Positions 27,546 through 32,000 of a stretch of 32,000 nucleotides of DNA are shown piece after piece (position 1 is the stretch's first letter; every line of letters starts with the position of its first letter). This stretch comes from Candidatus Saganbacteria bacterium (GTDB lineage Bacteria > Margulisbacteria > WOR-1 > JAKLHX01), in NCBI GenBank assembly GCA_026387835.1, contig JAPLKZ010000011.1:86135-118134 (forward strand). The letters run 5' to 3'. Made by a program: the position numbers and the translations under genes. The notes under the pieces are model-generated. The model saw only the letters and a program-made list of their open reading frames with translations. It was not told the origin of the DNA and made no database searches.

Positions 27546-28379
27546 ATGCTAAACGAAACATACACCGCTAAAAATATTTGGAATCTAAGCGCAACTTCGT
27601 ATCATGCATATACAAAACGCTTTCGGATGCATGCCAATATAGCAACCCGACTGATCGCAATGGCAGGATTGAGAGTTGGCGAACATGTTTTAGACTTCGG
27701 TGCTGGAACGGGAGTCGCAACCTTGAAAATCGCGGAATCCGTGGGTAATGAGGGCAGAGTCGTTGCCTATGATTTAAGTGAAAACATGCTGAAAATTGCC
27801 CAACAAGAGTGTAAGTCCCATTCCAACATAGTATTTGTTTTAGCACACTCTGATGAAATAAATGAAAAGCTTTGCAATGAAAAGTTTTCGGCTGCGATAT
27901 GCAGCAATTCTTTTTTTCATATTGATTCAAAAGAAGCCTTTCTTAAAAGCCTTATGGGTCTATCCATGCCTGGATTCAGGATGACTTTTAGCCTTTATGA
28001 GACCGTTTTTCACGACCCTGAATATATCAAAGGCAGAGAACAGTCAGATGATTTTTTTTCAAATATACTTTATTGCTCCAGACAAAGAGGATTTGGAAAC
28101 ATGCAAAGACAAGAAAGATATCAAAGATTAGATTTTAATGCTTTATTGCGCCTTTTTGAAAAATATGGCCTAAAATTAGAGAAACCCCAAATAGAAAAAA
28201 TGCAAAGACCTTTCGAAGATAGAGTTGCGTTCTTCAAGATTCCAGCAATTTTATTTGAAATTCTTCCGGGAATTCCTCTTAGCGAAGCAAGCATGATAAT
28301 AAATTTAGCCTCTGCCATGACAAAGAACAGACAAGTTCAAAATAGAAGGAGTTATCTTTTTAAGGCATCAGCCATATAA
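27546..28379 (+). CDS. Class I SAM-dependent methyltransferase
   Basis: HVLDFGAGTGVATLKIAESVG (motif I), VVAYDLSENMLKIAQQE (motif II), AAICSNSFFHID. Confidence 0.88.
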   Translation: MLNETYTAKNIWNLSATSYHAYTKRFRMHANIATRLIAMAGLRVGEHVLDFGAGTGVATLKIAESVGNEGRVVAYDLSENMLKIAQQECKSHSNIVFVLAHSDEINEKLCNEKFSAAICSNSFFHIDSKEAFLKSLMGLSMPGFRMTFSLYETVFHDPEYIKGREQSDDFFSNILYCSRQRGFGNMQRQERYQRLDFNALLRLFEKYGLKLEKPQIEKMQRPFEDRVAFFKIPAILFEILPGIPLSEASMIINLASAMTKNRQVQNRRSYLFKASAI

Positions 28380-28399
28380 TAAGCGTTAGGAATTTAAAA

Positions 28400-28471
28400 T
28401 GGGCGTGGTAGGGATCGAACCTACGACCTCATCAGTGTGAATGATGCGTTCTACCACTAAACTACACGCCC
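28400..28471 (-). tRNA. tRNA-Val (anticodon CAC)
   Basis: Reverse strand GGGCGTG-TA-GTTTAGTGGTAGAAC-G-CATCA-TTCACAC-TGATG-AGGTC-GTAGG-TTCGATC-CCTAC-CACGCCC-A. All four stems pair. Confidence 0.93.
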
Positions 28472-28475
28472 GTGA

Positions 28476-28503
28476 CCCTTCGACTCGCTTCGCTCGCTCA
28501 GGG
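28476..28503. repeat. Short GC-rich repeat-like element between the two tRNA-Val genes
   Basis: CCCTTCGACTCGCTTCGCTCGCTCAGGG: CCCT...AGGG ends with internal CGCTCGCT/TCGCTTCGCTCG iteration, resembling dispersed REP-like intergenic sequences. Confidence 0.4.
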
Positions 28504-28507
28504 TAAA

Positions 28508-28579
28508 TGGGCGCGGTAGGGATCGAACCTACGACCTCCTCGGTGTAAACGAGGCATTCTACCACTAAACTACGCGCCC
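28508..28579 (-). tRNA. tRNA-Val (anticodon TAC)
   Basis: Reverse strand GGGCGCG-TA-GTTTAGTGGTAGAAT-G-CCTCG-TTTACAC-CGAGG-AGGTC-GTAGG-TTCGATC-CCTAC-CGCGCCC-A. Confidence 0.93.
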
Positions 28580-28640
28580 ACATGACAAATGACCGATAAC
28601 TAAAACTGCTGACCAGTTTATTATAACATTGATAAATTAC

Positions 28641-28700
28641 AATAAAAAAACCCGCATCGAGTGATACGGGGTTTGATCTTTTAAGACCTAATGCTAATAT
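28641..28700. terminator. Terminator-like hairpin, copy 1
   Basis: AATAAAAAAACCCGCATCGAGTGATACGGGGTTTGATCTTTT. On the minus strand it reads CCCCGTATCACTCGATGCGGGTTTTTTTATT, a canonical intrinsic terminator. Confidence 0.65.
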
Positions 28701-28808
28701 CTGTAAAATCGTAAAAACCGTAAAATCAGTGAAATTTACAAATAAAGCTGTCGATAACAATCTGTGAAGAATCGGTCTTCAAAAATTTAATTAAGAAAGG
28801 CAAACAAC

Positions 28809-29285
28809 ATGAGCGATGCAGCAATAGGCCCGACAAATTTAATAGACACTACGATTTCTATGAACCAAGACCTCGTCAAAGAATACCAGAAGCTCTATCA
28901 GTCGACAAATACTAGTTTAAAGGACAAGCAGACTTATAGTAATTGTATCGTCGGCGTCTCATTGAGTATCATAATTCTTAACGCTGCAAAGGCACTGAGC
29001 AGCACCAACGAAGCAATAAGGGTTCAGGCGGTCAAAAGCGTTGCAACGAAGCACAAGGACAATTATCCTGCAATCGGACTTTTATCGAAAGTACTTAGTC
29101 AAGATCCAAGCAACACGGTCCGTATTGAGGCTGTAAAAGCTATCTCGGTTATAGGCGGACGTGATGCCGAACAAATACTTGTTGACAATCTCAGAAAACA
29201 GTCCGCCGCTGTTCGTAAGGAAATTGTTAATGCTCTGAAGGAAGTCGTGGAGACCAATGATAAGGCGCTGCGAGATTTGCGTTAA
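28809..29285 (+). CDS. HEAT-repeat-like protein
   Basis: Alternating helical repeats with HEAT-like periodicity: NEAIRVQAVKSVATK...PSNTVRIEAVKAISVIGGRDAEQILVDNLRKQSAAVRKEIVNALKEV. ATG preceded by AAGAAAGG. Confidence 0.7.
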   Translation: MSDAAIGPTNLIDTTISMNQDLVKEYQKLYQSTNTSLKDKQTYSNCIVGVSLSIIILNAAKALSSTNEAIRVQAVKSVATKHKDNYPAIGLLSKVLSQDPSNTVRIEAVKAISVIGGRDAEQILVDNLRKQSAAVRKEIVNALKEVVETNDKALRDLR

Positions 29286-29305
29286 AAACACAATCTCTTG
29301 TAAAC

Positions 29306-29358
29306 AATAAAAAAACCCCGCATCGAGTGATACGGGGTTTGATTTTTTAAGGCCTAGT
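29306..29358. terminator. Bidirectional terminator-like hairpin, copy 2
   Basis: AATAAAAAAACCCCGCATCGAGTGATACGGGGTTTGATTTTTT: stem CCCCG-ATC/GAT-CGGGG with A-tract and T-tract on opposite sides, between convergent genes. Confidence 0.8.
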
Positions 29359-29363
29359 ACTGA

Positions 29364-29672
29364 TTAGTACGCGTTGAAGCCTCTGTTGCCTCTGCCTTCG
29401 CGTCTTCCGCCTCCGCCGCTGCCTTCTGACTTCGGCTTGGCTTCGTTGATGGTAAGCTCTCTGTCGCCCCATTTGTAGCCGGTCAATCCTTCGATGGCTT
29501 TCTGGGCGTCAGCGTCTTCCATGTCAACAAAACCGAATCCTCTGGATTTTCCAGAGAACTTGTCGGTGACAACCCTTGCAGATATCACGTTACCGAACTG
29601 GGAGAATTTCTCCTGAAGATCGGCATCGGCTACTGACCAGGGAAGGTTCCCGACAAATATCGTCTTTGCCAT
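29364..29672 (-). CDS. RRM-domain glycine-rich RNA-binding protein
   Basis: MAKTIFVGNLPWSV (RNP2), GKSRGFGFVDME (RNP1), Gly/Arg-rich tail GGGGRREGRGNRGF. Start chosen at the ATG following AGGAG, not the longer ORF start at 29717. Confidence 0.92.
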   Translation of the reverse strand: MAKTIFVGNLPWSVADADLQEKFSQFGNVISARVVTDKFSGKSRGFGFVDMEDADAQKAIEGLTGYKWGDRELTINEAKPKSEGSGGGGRREGRGNRGFNAY

Positions 29673-29828
29673 ATTGGACTCCTGACATATTTTTCTGTTG
29701 CTTAATGGCGTTTTCAAAAGGACACAGCAGCTTATTTGACAGCCGGCCTGAAAAAATAACCAGATCTACAGTCTATCCGGTTACATGTCAAAAAAACATC
29801 TTACCATTAAACCTCGACCTTTGACATA

Positions 29829-29857
29829 ATTATTATACCATAACCTTACCCTGTCAA
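29829..29857 (-). promoter_or_regulatory. Candidate sigma70-type promoter for the RRM gene, giving a leader of about 150 nt
   Basis: Minus strand TTGACA (29857-29852), 17-nt spacer, AATAAT (29834-29829). Confidence 0.4.
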
Positions 29858-29894
29858 TAGGGCTTTTGCCTATTTATAATGTTATAATAATAAT

Positions 29895-30323
29895 ATGTTT
29901 GAGAGAATAAATAAAAATATGGCCGCTGCGATGAAGGCAAAAGATACTGTCCGCCTCGAGACGCTCAGGATGATGAAGTCAAAGATACTGAACGTAAATG
30001 CGAGAGGCGACCTTCCCGAAAAAGACATCGCCAGGATCCTGCAGAATTACGTAAAAAGCCTTAAAGAATCTGTCGAAATAATGGTGCAGCACGGGAAGAC
30101 GGAGGATGCGGGGAAAGTAAAAACGGAAATAGCCATAATCGAGGAATACCTTCCGCGGATGCTTACTGAAGAAGAGACAAAGAATCTCGTAAAAGAGACC
30201 ATTTCAGTCCTTGGCGCGACAAGCATCAAAGAGATCGGCCGCGTTATGAAAGAGATAACCGGCAAGCGGTCGGATGTCGACGGCTCGCTGGTCAAAAAAC
30301 TCGTTTCGGAGATCCTACAATAG
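29895..30323 (+). CDS. GatB/YqeY domain-containing protein
   Basis: MAAAMKAKDTVRLETLRMMKSKILN...IIEEYLPRMLTEEET...GATSIKEIGRVMKEITGK...VDGSLVKKLV. Confidence 0.9.
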   Translation: MFERINKNMAAAMKAKDTVRLETLRMMKSKILNVNARGDLPEKDIARILQNYVKSLKESVEIMVQHGKTEDAGKVKTEIAIIEEYLPRMLTEEETKNLVKETISVLGATSIKEIGRVMKEITGKRSDVDGSLVKKLVSEILQ

Positions 30324-30346
30324 AAAACAAAACTCTCCTGCCGGAC

Positions 30347-31345
30347 ATGGACCCGAAAGAACTCCGGCAATACATCATTTCGCTTGAGATAGAGCCTTTC
30401 AGGGCCGGCCAAATATCGTCATGGATATATAAAAAAGGCGTCCTGTCATTTACAATGATGACCGATATCCCCGCTTCACTCAGAGAAAAGCTGGCAAAGA
30501 CCGCAAAGATCGAAATGCTTTCGTTAAAAGAGAAGACAAGATCTTCCGACAGAGGGGCAACAAAATACCTGTTTACCACGGATGACGGCCTGGGGATTGA
30601 AACGGTCAAGATCAAGGACAGGGACAGGACAACGGTCTGCGTCTCTTCGCAGGTCGGATGCCCCATGCGTTGCGCGTTCTGCGCGACGGGGAAGAACAAA
30701 TTCAAAAGGAACCTCTCGGCAGGAGAAATAATATACCAGGTGCTGTATTTCACCGGTGAAGAAAAAGAAACCATCACTAATGTCGTGTTCATGGGGATGG
30801 GGGAGCCCCTGCTTAATTACAATAACGTGCTGAAAGCGGTCAGGATAATGAATTCAAAGGATGCGATGAACATGGGGATCAGAAGGATGACAATTTCTAC
30901 CTGCGGCCTTCCTGAGAAGATAAAGAGACTGGCCAGAGAAGGCCTTGACGTCAACCTTTCCGTGTCTCTTAATGCCGCTTCCGAAGCGATAAGATCAAAA
31001 TTGATGCCGGTCAACAGGGATCATCCTATCCGTGAGCTGATAAGTGCGGTCAAATATTACACGCAGATGACGGGGCGAAGGGTGACCTTTGATTATGTGA
31101 TGATAAAAGAGGAGAACGATTCTATCAAGGATGCAAAAGATCTTGCCGCATTGCTGGAAGGCATGTTATGTCATGTAAATCTGATCCTCTTCAACAAGGT
31201 CAAGGACTCTTCGTTTTTGTGCTCTTCAAAAGAAAGGATAGAACTATTCCTGCAAATATTGGCGCATCACGGAGTTAATGCTACAATCAGAAATAGCAGA
31301 GGCTCTGACATAAGGGCCGCGTGCGGACAACTGGCAGGGAAATGA
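30347..31345 (+). CDS. rlmN: Dual-specificity RNA methyltransferase RlmN (radical SAM); true start may be upstream at ATA 30320
   Basis: CVSSQVGCPMRCAFCATGKNKFKRNLSAGEI, VVFMGMGEPLLNYNNV, ISTCGLP, VSLNAASEAIRSKLMPVNR, MIKEEND, CGQLAG. Confidence 0.95.
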   Translation: MDPKELRQYIISLEIEPFRAGQISSWIYKKGVLSFTMMTDIPASLREKLAKTAKIEMLSLKEKTRSSDRGATKYLFTTDDGLGIETVKIKDRDRTTVCVSSQVGCPMRCAFCATGKNKFKRNLSAGEIIYQVLYFTGEEKETITNVVFMGMGEPLLNYNNVLKAVRIMNSKDAMNMGIRRMTISTCGLPEKIKRLAREGLDVNLSVSLNAASEAIRSKLMPVNRDHPIRELISAVKYYTQMTGRRVTFDYVMIKEENDSIKDAKDLAALLEGMLCHVNLILFNKVKDSSFLCSSKERIELFLQILAHHGVNATIRNSRGSDIRAACGQLAGK

Positions 31346-31433
31346 CTAATGACTAATTTTTAATGACTAATTAAGGAATGATATAATAATTCTTCCTTCA
31401 TTCATTAGACATTAGTCATTAGTAATTAGTCAT
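31342..31433 (+). terminator. Long AT-rich imperfect inverted repeat ending in a T-tract, downstream of rlmN
   Basis: Left arm ATGACTAATGACTAATTTTTAATGACTAATT; right arm reverse complement ATGACTAATTACTAATGACTAATG. Immediately followed by TTTTTTT. Confidence 0.55.
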
Positions 31434-31444
31434 TTTTTTAGCCA

Positions 31445-31517
31445 GCCCGTGTAGCTCAGTTGGTAGAGCACGTCCTTGGTAAGGACGAGGTCATCGGTTC
31501 GATCCCGATCGCGGGCT
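31445..31517 (+). tRNA. tRNA-Thr (anticodon GGT)
   Basis: GCCCGTG-TA-GCTCAGTTGGTAGAGC-A-CGTCC-TTGGTAA-GGACG-AGGTC-ATCGG-TTCGATC-CCGAT-CGCGGGC-T. Complete cloverleaf, upstream of tuf. Confidence 0.95.
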
Positions 31518-31537
31518 TATGGTGAACACTGTCGCTA

Positions 31538-31566
31538 TTGACGGAAAAATCACAGTATATTATAAT
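31538..31566 (+). promoter_or_regulatory. Candidate strong sigma70-type promoter for tuf
   Basis: TTGACG (31538-31543), 17-nt spacer, TATAAT (31561-31566), then GAGGAGG and ATG at 31605. Confidence 0.75.
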
Positions 31567-31604
31567 GAGATTTATCATAAAGAAAGATTGAGGAGGATAT
31601 AATT

Positions 31605-32000
31605 ATGGCAAGAGAAAAGTTCGAGAGAAAAAAGCCGCACGTAAATGTCGGGACGATAGGACACGTCGACCACGGGAAGACGACGCTGACTTCAGCGATC
31701 ACAAAGGTGCTGGCCGCCAAAGGCATGGCGAAAGCAAAAGCCTTTGACGAGATCGACAGTGCTCCCGAGGAAAAAGCAAGAGGTATCACGATCGCCATCG
31801 CTCACGTCGAATATGAGACCGAAAAAAGACACTATGCGCATATCGATTGCCCGGGCCACGCCGACTATGTAAAGAACATGGTGATCGGCGCTGCGCAGAT
31901 GGATGGCGCGATACTGGTAGTCAGCGCGGCTGACGGGCCTATGCCTCAGACAAGAGAGCATATCCTTCTTGCAAGACAGGTGAATGTGCCGAAGATCGTC
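31605..32000 (+). CDS. tuf: Elongation factor Tu, N-terminal part, truncated by the window edge
   Basis: [32 protein letters not shown]...[62 protein letters not shown]. Confidence 0.97.
   Translation, partial: MAREKFERKKPHVNVGTIGHVDHGKTTLTSAITKVLAAKGMAKAKAFDEIDSAPEEKARGITIAIAHVEYETEKRHYAHIDCPGHADYVKNMVIGAAQMDGAILVVSAADGPMPQTREHILLARQVNVPKIV

Noticed and set aside
28386-28760. Minus-strand 124-aa ORF (…VVGSIPTAPI…VVGSIPTTPI…)
   Set aside because: The repeated peptides are translations of the two tRNA-Val genes, a classic spurious tRNA-derived ORF.

Overview
The window is a gene-dense bacterial housekeeping segment. I cannot assign a phylum from sequence alone, though it looks like an uncultured lineage. 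From left to right it contains: (i) a minus-strand fatty-acid/phospholipid operon (yceD-like DUF177, rpmF, plsX, fabH, acyl-CoA dehydrogenase, etfB, ferredoxin-etfA, fabD, start of fabG); (ii) a XerC/D recombinase, an M15-like peptidase, and metK (+); (iii) a phosphodiester-glycosidase-like protein and an SMC ATPase (-); (iv) an orphan sensor histidine kinase (+), then clpC-radA (+); (v) dapB, an M16 peptidase, nadD, proA, proB, rpmA and rplU (-); (vi) infC-rpmI-rplT-DUF151 nuclease (+) and an AT-rich methyltransferase; (vii) two tRNA-Val genes (-), a HEAT-like protein (+), an RRM RNA-binding protein (-), yqeY-rlmN (+), tRNA-Thr and the start of tuf (+). I see no CRISPR array, prophage or classical defence island. 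The observations most worth a second look are: an SMC-family protein of about 905 aa with intact ATPase head motifs but no recognisable hinge; an acyl-CoA dehydrogenase plus bifurcating-type EtfAB with a ferredoxin domain inserted into the fatty-acid synthesis operon; divergent rplU/infC promoters with overlapping -35 boxes, an apparently leaderless rplU and a probable AUA start for infC; a second possible AUA start at rlmN; and duplicated terminator-like hairpins flanking a HEAT-like gene.
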